Assembly: GCF_009914755.1 (NCBI RefSeq)
Contig: NC_060932.1
Origin: the human T2T-CHM13v2.0 reference genome, Homo sapiens
Reading direction: 5' to 3' (one strand)
Length of the DNA: 64,000 nt
The notes beneath the pieces are model-generated. The model was not told the DNA's origin. It ran no database searches and saw only the letters and a list, made by a program, of their open reading frames with translations. This document shows positions 23,465 through 37,154 of the stretch, in pieces. How positions within the stretch are numbered: position 1 is the first letter of the stretch; every line of letters starts with the position of its first letter. Position numbers and translations under genes: made by a program.

Positions 23465-23827
23465 TCCATATATTTTTAGCACCATAAACTTACTCTGTTA
23501 CACTCCACCATCACTAAACTTTAAGCATGTCTACTCGCTAAAATGGACAGTCCAAAGCTGTTATATGATTGAGTCTATGAAAGCCTGGGGAATGAAGATG
23601 AAGTAGGGAAATAATGTGGAAACTTGAAAGGCTGTTCCGTTGTCCTTTTCTTGATTTCTCCATATTGGAACTAGCCTAGAATTGTTTTGTCTTCCCAAGA
23701 GAGAATCCATGAAACCGTTTCTTATTAAATGCATACTATGCTCCAGGTAAATGCTGGACTTGGAGAAAAACAAATTAAACCAAATCTTTGCTTTTAAGGA
23801 GCTCAGAGGGTGGAGAAAGAGACTGCC

Positions 23828-24170
23828 ATTTCATTCATTAAAGAAAGAGTGATTGGGTGGTTACTGTGTCCAGACCCTATTCTAGGTACTGAGGGCACTC
23901 CTGTGAACAAAATAGACACAACTCTTGCTTTCAAGGAGTTTTCATTCTTTTGGGGGAGGGAATGGATGATTAACAAGATAAATCAGTAAATAATGTGATA
24001 TAAGAAATGGCAGTCAATGCTATGGGGAAACGAAGCCAAAAAGTGGGCAGCACCTACAGTGACGTTGGAATAAACACCTGAGTGAGGTGAGCGAGCTTGG
24101 CCCAGGGGTATCTGGGACTGGAAGGCTGTGGGCTTTGGCTTCTGTTCTGAGGGAGATGGGAAGCATTAGA
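23828..24170 (-). mobile_element. L2 3' fragment
   Basis: catttcattcattaa...ttactgtgtccagaccctattctaggtactgagg...ctgtgaacaaaatagac. Confidence 0.6.
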
Positions 24171-24712
24171 GTAAATAATCCCAATCCAACCAGAAAGCAA
24201 CTATACCTGGGGACAAAAGATTCCTAGCTTTGGCTTATACTCAGAGTGAGACGGAAGCTATTTGAGTAAAGGTTTACAAGTCAATGTGACAAGTGTACAA
24301 AACAGGTTTGGAGACCATGGTGTGAGAACACAGAGGAACACTACCGACACTGCCTAAGAGATTTGGAAAGGCCTCACAAAGGGGCTGTTTGCACGGCCTT
24401 AGTGAATGCACTGGGAATGTTTGCCAACCAAAGGAGAGAGGGGGAAGGAAGAAAGTACTAGTCAAGAGGGGCTGACTGTGCAAGGCCTTTCTGGAAGCTC
24501 CGAAGAATTAAAAGACAATGGTAGCCTTTCTTCTCTAGAAGTTTTAAGTGTCTAAAAATAATAAGAGAGGGCCTATAGAGCATGTTTTCCTCCCTTCCAA
24601 AAGATTTTTTTCAATGCTCTCTCCTACTTGTTTTTAGTAATTAGCATCCACTTTTTTGAAATTGGGCAGAAAGTTCAGTGAGAGATCGGGGACATTATCT
24701 AGCTATAGCCAT

Positions 24713-25324
24713 TGAAGGTGCAAAGAGAATGTCTCTTCCCCTCTGTAAGTTCCATGATTTTAGTCTATAAAACAAACTGACAGTAGACAGACGAATGGGA
24801 AAAAGGCACATGCGTATATTAACGTGTGTAAACAAGGGAGTCATACACAAAGTATGAGACTTAAAGAAGGGGCCAGATAATGAAGTTTTATACCATCCTG
24901 AGGTTACAGAAAGAATAGGGGCTTGGGGCTTCTCGAGGAGAGATGGAGACACGGGTTATGGGAAAGTGAGGGGGAAAGCATGGCATAGAGCCTACCTAGT
25001 TTTGCAGATAAAATCCTCCAGGGAGGAGCTCTCAGAAAGAATAAGACAGGAGCCTGTAGTAACAGTTTCCCTAGTGGACCTTTAAGGTGTCCAACTTTTA
25101 GTCCCTTTTTCCCAAAAGTTAATCTTTCCTAGATCCAGAGAAGGGGAGCCTCAGAGAAAGCTTGGATGTTTATTTCACCTATATGGATTTTCTCTACAGA
25201 TACAAATCTCCCCTATAAAAGACAGCTTTTCAGGGCTATTCTTGTGCTGGCAGTCCCTCTGAATAGCCATCTCAAAATAGACCAAAGGAGTATATTGTGA
25301 ATGGCATATTTTTGGTTTCCTTCA
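24713..25324 (-). mobile_element. ERV1 solo LTR (MER34/MER39 group)
   Basis: Minus strand begins TGAAGGAAACCAAAAATATGCC...TTTTGAGATGGCTATTCAGAGGG and ends ...CCTTCA. TATAAAA at 24892-24886. Confidence 0.65.
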
Positions 25325-25336
25325 TTGTAGTATCCC

Positions 25337-25627
25337 TTTTTTTTTTTTGAGACGGAGTCTTGCTCTATTGCCAGGCTGGAGTGAAGTGATGCAATCTCAG
25401 TTCACTGCAACCTCCGCCTCCAGGGTTCAATAGATTCTCCTACTTCAGCCTCCTGAGTAGCTGGGACCACAGTCGCACACTGCCATGCCTAGCTAATTTT
25501 TGTATTTTTAGTAGAGATGGGGTTTTACCATGTTGGCCAGGATGGTCTCTATCTCTTGACTTCGTGATCAGCCCGCCTCAGCCTCCCAAAGTGCTGGGAT
25601 TTCAGGTGTCAGCCACTGTGCCTGGCC
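25337..25627 (-). mobile_element. AluSc-like
   Basis: Antisense Alu. TSD tagt(a/g)tccctttt. Confidence 0.9.
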
Positions 25628-26859
25628 TAGTGTCCCTTTTTAGAACTGATAAATCTGTTATTTCTGCATCTGTGAAACTCTTCTAAGAAATCAATAAGAT
25701 TGACTGATTGATTGCCATTAAACTCAGTGAAAATGAAGCCAACATGGAGCCCAGATGGTGGTGAGAGGTGGCTCCTAAATACCTAAGAGGTGGCAGAGGG
25801 AGCGGTGGATATCTATAACTCAAGTGGGAAGCAATGCCAATGTCAGCAGTTAGCCCAGTGGTAGAAAAGATTGCACGACTATGGGAAAGAGAGAAAAAAG
25901 TTGAAGAATTGATGGGGCAGACATAAAAGGTGAGAATTTTACACTACAACTTGATTACTTTGGGGGTAAATTATACAGATCGTGCTTCTGTCTTTCAACA
26001 ATGTTATCTTGGATTTATATAAAAATTTTAGAATTCTTGGCACAAGCTTTCAAGAGCTGTTACTCAATTTTTGTTTTGAAATGTTTTCAAATTTTCTATG
26101 CTCATATTTTACTCTGGTGAGCTCTTGTGTTTACCGAAAATGCATCCAGGCCTCTGGCTGAAAGAGTCCAAAGGGATTTCTGGAACTAATGGTATGAGGA
26201 AATAAAAGCAAAACTGGAATGAAAAGTTAGTTGACTTTTGTAGCTACCTTACAATTTACTCTGAAATTATTTAACATTTAGTTATTTATTAGCATAATAA
26301 TTCATAAGTATACCAATTTATTTTACTTTCAGCTTCACAGAAAAGACAAATATTTTTCACTGTTAAAAGATAACATTTTCAAAAAGAGATAAAATTATGA
26401 CACTTATACATATATAAAACTGAACAAGTGTTAAAGATTTTATTCAACTGGTAAGGAGGAAAGTAGACACATGTTATTGCAAGTTCAAATAAGTTAAAAA
26501 AAAAAGCACACATTTACATGGAGTAAAGGATGTTGAAAGGGATGTGCAAATGGAGGCAAAACTAACTTCTTTCACAGTGAGGGAGAGAGGTCAATCAAAA
26601 CTCCTCCAGGCAGTTCAGAATTAGCATGTTATTAGACAAGAATTATTTGCCATTGCTATCAGTTATCTACAGTTCACAGAATTGTAAAATAGCTTCGATA
26701 GAATGAGAATCAAATAATGCAGGAGGTGCCATCTAGAGTCTATGTAATGCATAATTTTCCATTGAAGCAGAAATATTACCCCACATCACTTGGGAAACTC
26801 TATGTAAAATTTATAAAATAATATTTACCACAGAACATTTCAACCATATGTAAAAATAA

Positions 26860-27450
26860 TAGTAATGAATACCAATATACAGTCTGCTTCAGCAATCAAT
26901 GATATTTTGCCAATCTTGTTTTATCCACCTCCCCTACTTTTTTAATAAGCTGAAATATTTTAAAGACATACCCACATATCATACTATTTTAAATATCATA
27001 CTCTTGTAAATACTACAAAATAAATTTTTTACATCACCACGATACCATTTTTCACACTTAAAAAATTAGCAACAATTCCCCAGTATTATCTAGTACCCAC
27101 TCTGTATTCAAAATTCCCTGATTATCTCAAAAATATCTCGTTTAAGTTCTTCAAATTAGGATCCACATACAGTTCATACAGTGCATTTGGTTGCTGTGCA
27201 TAAGTGTCAAGAATAGCCTCTCTCTTTTTTAAATGCTATTAATTTGTCGGTATAACCGGGTCAATTTTGTTCAGCATTTACCATCTTCTGGATTTTTCTG
27301 ATTGCTTCTTACTGGCATCATTACATTGTTTTTCTTTTCCCTGCGTTTCTGGTAAAGAATAGTTAGATCTAGAGGATTGGTTAGATTTAGATTAAATCTT
27401 ACTTTGGCAAGAATGTTTCATGAGGTGCATCACATGAAAAGGTATATAAT
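26860..27450 (-). mobile_element. Old L1MC/ME 3'UTR remnant
   Basis: accacgataccattttcacact...aacaattcccc...caaattaggatcc...gcatttggttg. Confidence 0.55.
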
Positions 27451-27860
27451 ATATATTTTATTCTCAGTGTAGATCCTCACAAAAGAGGAAAATGCTTTCA
27501 GAATGGACCATGCAATGCTTCCATGGTACGTCTCAAAAGATATTCCCCTGATGCTAGTGGACGACCCAACATCAATCAGCTCACTCTCTGATCTGCCTAT
27601 CTCCAATGGGAATCTTATTGCCCTAGAAGGCAAATGTTTCCACAGCCTCAAAGTGTTTGAATTGTTCTTTCTCCCCCTCTAAATGCACAAAGAAATGAAC
27701 AGCGCCCTGCAGTAATAACTATTTACTGCAACTGCTCTCAGATGTCTCCAAAATTGCTGCCCTTACCAGTGACCTGGTAGCTATTGCACACACAGTGGCT
27801 AAGTGCTTTCTCACAAAACACAGTAATCCCTGGTACCCCCTAAAGCCAAAAAGATCACGG

Positions 27861-29055
27861 AACTCAAGATGTATTAAAGACTTAAATGTAAAACCCAAAA
27901 CCATAAAAATCCTAGAAGAAAGCCTAGGCAATAGCATTCAGGACACAGGCATGGGCAAAGACTTCATGACTAAAACACAAAAAGCAATTGCAACAAAAGC
28001 CAAAACTGACAAATGGGATCTAATTAAACTAAAAAGCTTCTGCACAGCAAAAGAAACTGTCATCAGAATGAAGAGGCAACCTACAGAATGGGAGAAAATT
28101 TTTGCAATCTACCCATTTGACAAAGGTCTAATATCCAGAATCTGCAAGGAACTTAAATAAATTTACAAGAAAAACAAACAAACAACCCCATCAAAAAGTG
28201 GGCAAAGGATATGAACAGACGCTTCTCAAAAGAAAACATTTATGCGCCAACAAGCATATTTTAAAAAGCTCATCATCACTGATCAGTAGAGAAATGCAAA
28301 TCAAACCCACAATAAAATACCATCTCACACCAGTCAGAATGGCGATTATTAAAAAGTCAGGAAACAATAGATGCTGGTGAGGCTGTGGAGAAATAGGAAT
28401 GCTTTTACACTGTTAGTGAGATTGCAGATTAGTTCAACCATTGTGGAAGACAGTGTAGTGATTCCTCAAGGATCTAGAACCAGAAATACCATTTGACCCA
28501 GCAATCTCATTACTGGGTGTATACCCAAATGAATATAAATCATTCCACTCTAAAGACACATGCACACATATGTCTATTGCAGCACTATTTACAATAGCAA
28601 AGACTTGGAACCAACCCAAATACCCATCAATGATAGACTGGATAAAGAAAATGTGATATATATGTATATACACACATATACACACCATGGAATACTATGC
28701 AGCCATAAAAAAGAATGAGATCCTGTCCTTTGCAGGGACATGGATGAATCTGGAAGCCATCATCCTCAGCAAACTAACACAGAAACAGAAAACTGAACAC
28801 TGCATGTTCTCACTTATAAGTGGGAGTTGAACAATGAGAACACATAGACATGGGGAGGGGAACAACACACACTGGGGCCTTTTGGGGGTTGGGGGGCAAG
28901 GGGAAGGAGAGCATTAGGACAAATACCTAATGCATGCAGGGCTTAAAACCTAGATGACGGGTTGATAGGTACAGCAAACCACCATGGCACATGTATACCT
29001 AGGTAACAAACCTGCACAATCCCATGTATGTATCCCAGAACTTAAAGTAAAATAA
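27861..29055 (+). mobile_element. 5'-truncated L1 (L1PA8-like)
   Basis: ORF2 C-terminus plus 3'UTR (ggacaaatacctaatgcatgcagggcttaaaacctagatgacggg). TSD aaagatca(c/t)ggaactcaa at 27850-27867 and 29205-29222. Confidence 0.92.
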
Positions 29056-29205
29056 GAAAGGAAAGGAAAAAAAGGAAAGGAAAGGAAAGGAAAGGAAAGG
29101 AAAGGAAAGGAAAGGAAAGGAAAGGAAAGGAAAGGGAAGGAGGAAAGGAAGGAAGGGAGGGAGGGAGGGAGGGAAGGAGGGAAAAGGAAAGGAAAGGAAG
29201 AAAGA
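29056..29205 (+). repeat. Polypurine (AAAGG)n/(GGAA,GGGA) microsatellite derived from the L1 tail
   Basis: 13 perfect AAAGG units at 29071-29135, then GGAA/GGGA variants. Confidence 0.95.
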
Positions 29206-30322
29206 AAGATCATGGAACTCAATGCAAAAGAAAGCAGAGCTTTAGACCTGAGAAAAACCTGTCCATAACTCTTGCGACTCCACGAAGAAGACAAAAGACC
29301 TTAAAGAGGAGGTGTGTGGCACCTTTTTCTGGATTCCTCAAGGGGTCTAAGGGTGCGAGAAATCTCTAGATTTCTTCATGTGGCAAAAGGAAGGAGGAGC
29401 CAAAGTGGAAATAAATAGAAGAACAAGTCTTAGAGGAGTCAATTGGGAGAGATTTTAAGCTTTCCAAAGGCGAATGAAGTTTTGCATTTTTCTCATTAAA
29501 AAAACATGCCAACAAGAGAGGATGCAAACAGAGGGACCAGTCCCTCTGAGATTAACACCTTATTAAAAACGATTTCAGTCGACTGAAGAAACTTTCCAGG
29601 AACAGGGCCCAAAAGAGAAAAAGTAGAAAGATCTTTAAAAAAAAAAATCATAACTTGTTATCAGCTTTCAGTTAAGCTGGCTTCTGACCTTAGAGTTCTT
29701 TAAAAAAAAAAAAAAAAAGTTTTCAAATCTCTTATCAGATTTCCACCAGCACAACCAGCCAATATTCCTGGCTTTTGAACTTTTTTTTTCTGTTAAACCA
29801 AAGGTATCTTTCCAAGTGACTCACTAAAATCAATAAGCCTTAACTAAGGTTATTACTGAAACTAAGGACACCCTAGACAGCTCCAAAGAGTCGCAAAGCA
29901 GTTCTCACAAGATGCAGGACCACAACAAAGATGGCTCAAAGAAAGGAAAGTTTTACTAGCCTCAAACAGGGAATAACCCACGTTTCTGTACAGCCATATT
30001 CTCTAGGCTCTCAGCTTCTCAACTGACCATCTACCTACAAAGACCCAAAAGCCTCATGTGCTCTCGGAGATGGAAGAAGACAGGCAATCAAAACCTGTCG
30101 TTGAAAGGGAAAAGGATCAGTAACAAAAGAGTACCTCCAAAAGTATCTTTTTAGAAGTATAACTTTCCAATGGTGTACTTATTCTTGTAGCGACTTAATC
30201 CAATAACTCTCTTCATGAAAAGCCCAGGAGGTAATTTTCCAGATTTAGAATAAGTTTTCACCATATAAGCACGAGAGTTTTCTTGGAGAGAGCATAGAAA
30301 AGGCAATCTCAATGATTATCCA

Positions 30323-30342
30323 AGACAGACAGACAGACAGAC

Positions 30343-30404
<62 letters not shown>
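30323..30404 (+). repeat. Compound STR (AGAC)5(AGAA)15
   Basis: Direct reading of the sequence. Confidence 0.95.
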
Positions 30405-30406
<2 letters not shown>

Positions 30407-30889
30407 TCACTCCTAAGAATAGGCTGAGATAGTAAAATACTTGTTGCCACAGATGGCTATGAATAGTGTTTGTTCTGCTGAAGTCTCAGAGAAGAAAAAA
30501 AAACATAGCATTTGTGCATACAGGGCCGCCAATATCCCACAAATCTGTGGATATTGTTAACAGACCTGTTAATCCATGACACTGGGTAGCTTCTCCTGGG
30601 ATTGCACATTGCCAGGACTAACCAGACAACAACGTTGAGATGACAAAAGCCTCTTATGGATGGGACTTTTTATTAAGACAAACTGTCCTGAGAGCTTGAC
30701 ACATTTGGAACAAAAAGTGTGCTGCTTAAAATTGTGTGTGTCTTGGGTTCCAGACTTTTCAGACAGGGCTACCGGACAAGACGTGAAAATCACACCCCGA
30801 ATGACAGTGCACCCGCTTGGTCACAAGTCAAGCTCTCAAAAACATTACAACAAGACAAGAGGAGAATCTCATTCAGTTTCTATTCATGG

Positions 30890-33340
30890 TTCTCACATTC
30901 TCTACCAGTGGGACAGAATCTATCTGATGGTATAACCCAAACCTTTCTTTCCTAAGCTCTGAGTCCTTGGTGGCCCTAACTTTGTTGGGTTAATGTAGTT
31001 TTTCTTAATTATTACCACATAACATAGAACTCTTGGGTGAATTCCTTAGGGTGCAAACATGGTCTTTCTTACCCCTATTCTGCAGCTGAAACCCAATTTC
31101 TCCTTAGTAATTCAGATCATGAAAAGTCTCTTCATGAAAAGCCCAGGAGGGGCTAGAATTTGGCTAGTACCATGACTCCCCTTTTCTGAAGGTCAATTCA
31201 ATAGTAAGAGAAGCTGTAAATGGCTATGTGACAGTTTCAGTTTCTAATTTATTACAACCGTAACTGTATTCTCTAATCAAATAATTCTCTCGGGCACTAG
31301 GACCTCTAAATTTTCTGAATCAACGCTTTTTGATACAGTAAACAAAACTTAGTGAGTAGGTTATTAGATGTAATAATAAGAGACACATGGTCACTTTTAT
31401 CTATTGTTTCCTGACCCTTGTCTTATGCAATAGTGTTTCTGCACCAAATATTGACCATGTGTTTAAGGTATATCGATATCCTCTAAAGCAAATTATAAAT
31501 CTTGCAGGACGTTTTATCTCAGGTGGCACCATAACTGAGTCTTAGCTTGGTTCTTTGTCAATCTTTAGTTGATTCTAAGTCAATCAACTGTATCTAGGTG
31601 GTAAGAAGCTGGCAAGCCCAGTGAATTCTGTTGGAATGAGCTCTTCGCTATGCCTACTATGCCATAAAATAAATTCTGCAGTCTGAGGCAATGATGTGTG
31701 GGATACTACAGTGATGACAACACATCAGTGATGACAAAACAGCATCTACCCACAATGGTGTTTCTGAAGCTACTTTGGTGAGGAAAGCGAATTTATATGT
31801 GAAATGTGTAACTTTTCTATGAGAACATATTACTGCCTCTCCCTGATGTAAGTGGTTCAGTGTAATCAACAGGTCAGCAGCTGAATTGTCTCCCCAGAGA
31901 ACAGTGCTATATTGGGGCTCAGTTGGCTTACATTGATGTCAAATTGGGGAAGAACCGGTTCAGACTTAGTGAAGGGAAGTCAGGTTTTTGAGTCATGTAT
32001 ACAGCCCACATTTCTGCCATCATGTAATTGCCACTTTGTAATGGAACCCATTAAATTGGCAATAGGACGCCTGGCGATAAAAAGGATCACACACAGAATG
32101 GGTTGTCTTATCCTCTTGATTACTGAGAGACTCCTCTGCAGTGGAAACCTTTAGTAACCTTTTGTCATCACCTTTCCATCAGAAATCCTTGTCTCCAAAA
32201 GGTATTTATATTTGAAGCCTTTGCCCATCTCAGGAGATACATCCACATGTTTCCACCCATCTGCCTGATGGCCAGATCTTTAATACTGTTGTTTCCAAGC
32301 CCGTTATCCCAACAACCCATTAGCCACTGTACATAAAACAGAGTAGATATGTATTTCAGGCTTTTCTCCTACAACATGAAGCAGACAACCAGATGTACCT
32401 GAAGTTCTGCCCACTGGAAAGGTTTCCATTTACCATCATCTTTCAGGGATAACCTGAATGAATGCATCATGAAGTAGTTGTTTACATCCAGTTTGTGCCT
32501 TTTTGATGTAGGCCCATTCATGAACTGGGCCATACTTTTCCTCCTCTATTAACTAATTACAGGAATTCTCCATAAGACAATAGCCGGGAGTCACGGGAGA
32601 GAAGGCAAAACAGCAGGGTCAGGTACTATGAAGATTTGGGCTGCATACTTATGAAATTTTTCTATGCTTCCTTACCTGATAGAGCCCCGCTTTGTATATA
32701 TTCTTTCCATTTTACAACAAAATGCTGCGGCAAACATTCAGTTTTATGATTCATTAGATCAGGTAACAAACAATTGATACAATTGATGATGAACAATTCA
32801 GATTAGATATGCACTTGGTGTTCCACGGTCAGACCTCCAGTCTCTACCAGAGCCCTATAGCAAGCCAGGAGCTCTATTTGAATGAAGAAATGTTGTGAGC
32901 AGAACAGGGCGTGACCTTACTAAAAAATCCTAGAAGTATGCACTGTGATTCTCCTAATGAGGCACCTCTGTCTGCCATAGTCATTTCCAACACCATTGGG
33001 TGGGTCATAAGACTCAAATGGAAGGGCAGTTGGTGCTACAGCTTGGACCTGCTGCAAAGCCTTTTCTTATTTCATGCCCCATTCAACACTGACAGTCTGA
33101 CAGCTAGATGCCAAGTAGTTTGGAGCAGCAGGCTCCAATGTGGTAATATGTTGCTTCTAAAATCCAAGGGGCCAATCAGATGTGCCTCTTTCCTCACTGA
33201 CATGGCAGCACCTGAACTAATATGAGGTTCGTTTCTGTCCTCTGGCATGTGCCAACTTACTAAAACACCTCATTTGTTGGCTATATCCTGCTCACCAGAC
33301 CCAACTAACATATAGTAGTGTAACAGACCGGTGTGCTGAA
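30890..33340 (-). mobile_element. ERVL (HERV-L/HERV16-like) internal pol remnant: RT, RNase H, integrase
   Basis: Degenerate peptides on -: LHYYMLVGSGEQDIAN (cf. HYIDDIMLIG..EQEVA), GESQCILLGFFSK...LLACYRALVET, and HHCSIPHIIASD (cf. HRHGIPHSIASD). Many stops and frameshifts. Confidence 0.75.
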
Positions 33341-33344
33341 TAGT

Positions 33345-33485
33345 TTCTGTTTTCACTCCAGGTGCACCCACTATTCTTTCCCACAATTCTCTGTGTGCCA
33401 TAAAACTGACCTTCATTGATTTCCTCAATGAGCTCCCTTGACCTCTGGCTTCAAATTGTGACATGGAAGCAAAACCAGAGATAAA
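33345..33485. mobile_element. ERVL LTR fragment (LTR33/LTR16-like)
   Basis: ctgacc...gctcccttgacctctggcttc motif next to ERVL internal sequence. Confidence 0.4.
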
Positions 33486-33499
33486 ATAATGACACAAAT

Positions 33500-34385
33500 T
33501 TTTTTGGTGGTAAAATATACGTAACATGATATTTATCATTTTAATCTCTTGTAAGTATACAATTAAGTTCAGTTTAACATATTCATTCCCAAATTATTCA
33601 CTACTATCTGTACATACAACGTTTTCATCATTCTCAACAAAAACTCTGTACCCATTAACCAATAATTCCCCTCCTCCTACTCCCTCAGTTTCTGGTAACC
33701 TCTATTATACTTTCTGTCTCTATGAATTTGCCTATTATAGGTATCTCATGTAATAGAAGGCTAAAGTTTTCTAATAGAAAACTGAAGTAATATTTTTTAC
33801 TTTTGCCTGGAACATTACTGATCCTTGTTTCATTTCTCAGAATCAAAGAAACTGATTTTGAGCTATTTATGGCCTTTAATAATTGAGTAAGGTATAATAT
33901 ACCTGTGAACAAAATTTGGAGCATATTTGTTTCTCTGTCTCTGCCTGGCTTCTCCAGAATTTGGAAACTAGTTGTGAGTATTCTTAATTTATGGCAATAT
34001 AGTTGTTTGCATCAGTGCAATAAAAATCCATGGAATGGTTCCATATTTGTTTTTCTCTGCCTGACCTATTTTACTTAACATAATGTTTTCAAGGGCCATC
34101 CATGTTGTAGTATGTATCAAATTACATCCCTTTTATGGCTGAATAATAGTTCATTTTATGTGTACAACACATTTTCTTGATCCATTCATCTGTCCATGGA
34201 TCCGTGGGTTGCTTCCTCTTTTGGTTATTGTGAATAGGGCTGTTATGAGCATTTGTATACAAATATGTTTTAGTCTTTATGTTCAGTTTCTCTGGATATA
34301 TACACAGGAGTAGACTTTCTGGATACTATAGTAGTTCTCTACTTAACTTTTTTGAGGAAATGACACATTGTTTTCCATAGAGGCT
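33500..34385 (-). mobile_element. L1MB 3'UTR remnant interrupted by a ~280-bp insertion
   Basis: tctggtaacc...tctctatgaatttg...ctcatgtaa | insert | tggaat...ccatgttgtag...atccattcatctg. Confidence 0.8.
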
Positions 34386-34639
34386 TTAATTGGTACAATC
34401 TTTTAATCCTTGCCACCCAGCAGGTCATGGGTATAAACCAAAGGTCATGGGGAAGAGGTGGGGGAGTTGGTAAATCGGATGTAGTGCTTGACATTCCCAA
34501 AGTCAAAATATGGTAGTTTTACTTAATTGCAAAGCTGGCTTAGAGTTCACAACCAATGGGGCTTAGTGCTTTCATGGATTCTTTTAATAAATTCTGAATT
34601 TTGATGCCATAGGGGATGATAATTGCATGGAGAAACATG

Positions 34640-35384
<745 letters not shown>

Positions 35385-36196
35385 TGTTCATGGCCCATAT
35401 GGGCACATGAGAAAAGCTGATTATATGCTATTAATCACAATGAAGTTGTTATGTTAAGTTATTGCAAACCATGGAGATAACCAAATTTCTTTGTCAACCA
35501 TGTTTCCAACTGCAACTACCCTGGACAGTTATTCACAGACAATTGTTGTCTTGTTTTGATTCTTTTCAAAAGTTGGTTTATAATCAGCTATAGGACTTTG
35601 ACAGGTGCTCTCAAATGCAGGTTTCTGATAACTTTGGAGATTATGACATTGAAATAAAGGAAAAACGTACAGGATTCATGAAGAGCTGAAATGTTCATGA
35701 ATATCAAACAGAACAAGAGTTAACAGAATGGACTGAACTAATAGAAAACTGAAGTAATGTTTTCTGACTTTTGCTTGGAACATTGCTGATCCTTATTTTG
35801 TTATTCAGAGTCAAAGAAACTGATTTTGAGCTATTTATGGCCCTTAATAATTGAGTAAGGTATATTCCTGAGAACAAAATTTGGAGCATATTTGTTTCTC
35901 TCTGCCTGGCTTCTCCAGAATTTGGAAACTAGTTGTGAGTGTTCTTAACTTATGGCAATATAGTTGTTTGCATCAGTATAATAAAAATTCATTTTCTTTT
36001 GCAACAAGACACAAATGGAGAAACTGATTTTTTTACCAAGGCTTTGACTGGAAGGGTGTGCTTCCTTTTAAGGAGTCAAGCTCGACTTGCAGAGCCAATA
36101 AAAGCCCCTTGGGAAAACTGGACTTGTCTACACAGTCCCTGTACAGGGTTCCTAACCTGCAAATAAAGAATGAGTGAGAAAAGAATGTCACTTTCT

Positions 36197-36498
<302 letters not shown>

Positions 36499-36786
36499 TC
36501 ACTTTCTAACAGGCCCAGGAACTCCATATTCTTGGGACCTCAAGAAGAGAGAAGTTTACCCAACTCACAGGTACTTGAGGGTACAAACTCGTGGCTGGGT
36601 TTGGCTTTAGAAAGTCCTATCTGAGATTCTTTGTGGAATAGAGTTCCATGAAAGCCAATTTTAAAAGCCTATGTAGAAATAATTATTCTTGCTGCACTTT
36701 ATGCAAATAATCAGGCCAAGTATAAGATTAAAGTTTATTTTACAAACAACTCAGTCCCATTATGATTTGTTTTTAACAAAAATGAG

Positions 36787-37154
<368 letters not shown>

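Larger units (their letters stand above)
27700..30885 (-). mobile_element. ERV1 (MER4-group) internal sequence interrupted by L1
   Basis: Leader-type motifs (agtaatccctggtacccc...gcagagctttagacctgag; ccaagtgactcac...ataagccttaactaaggtt). Continuous across the L1 TSD. Confidence 0.55.

Noticed and set aside
30890-33340. ERVL pol as a coding retroviral gene
   Set aside because: Only short degenerate peptides remain, and the YIDD motif is destroyed.
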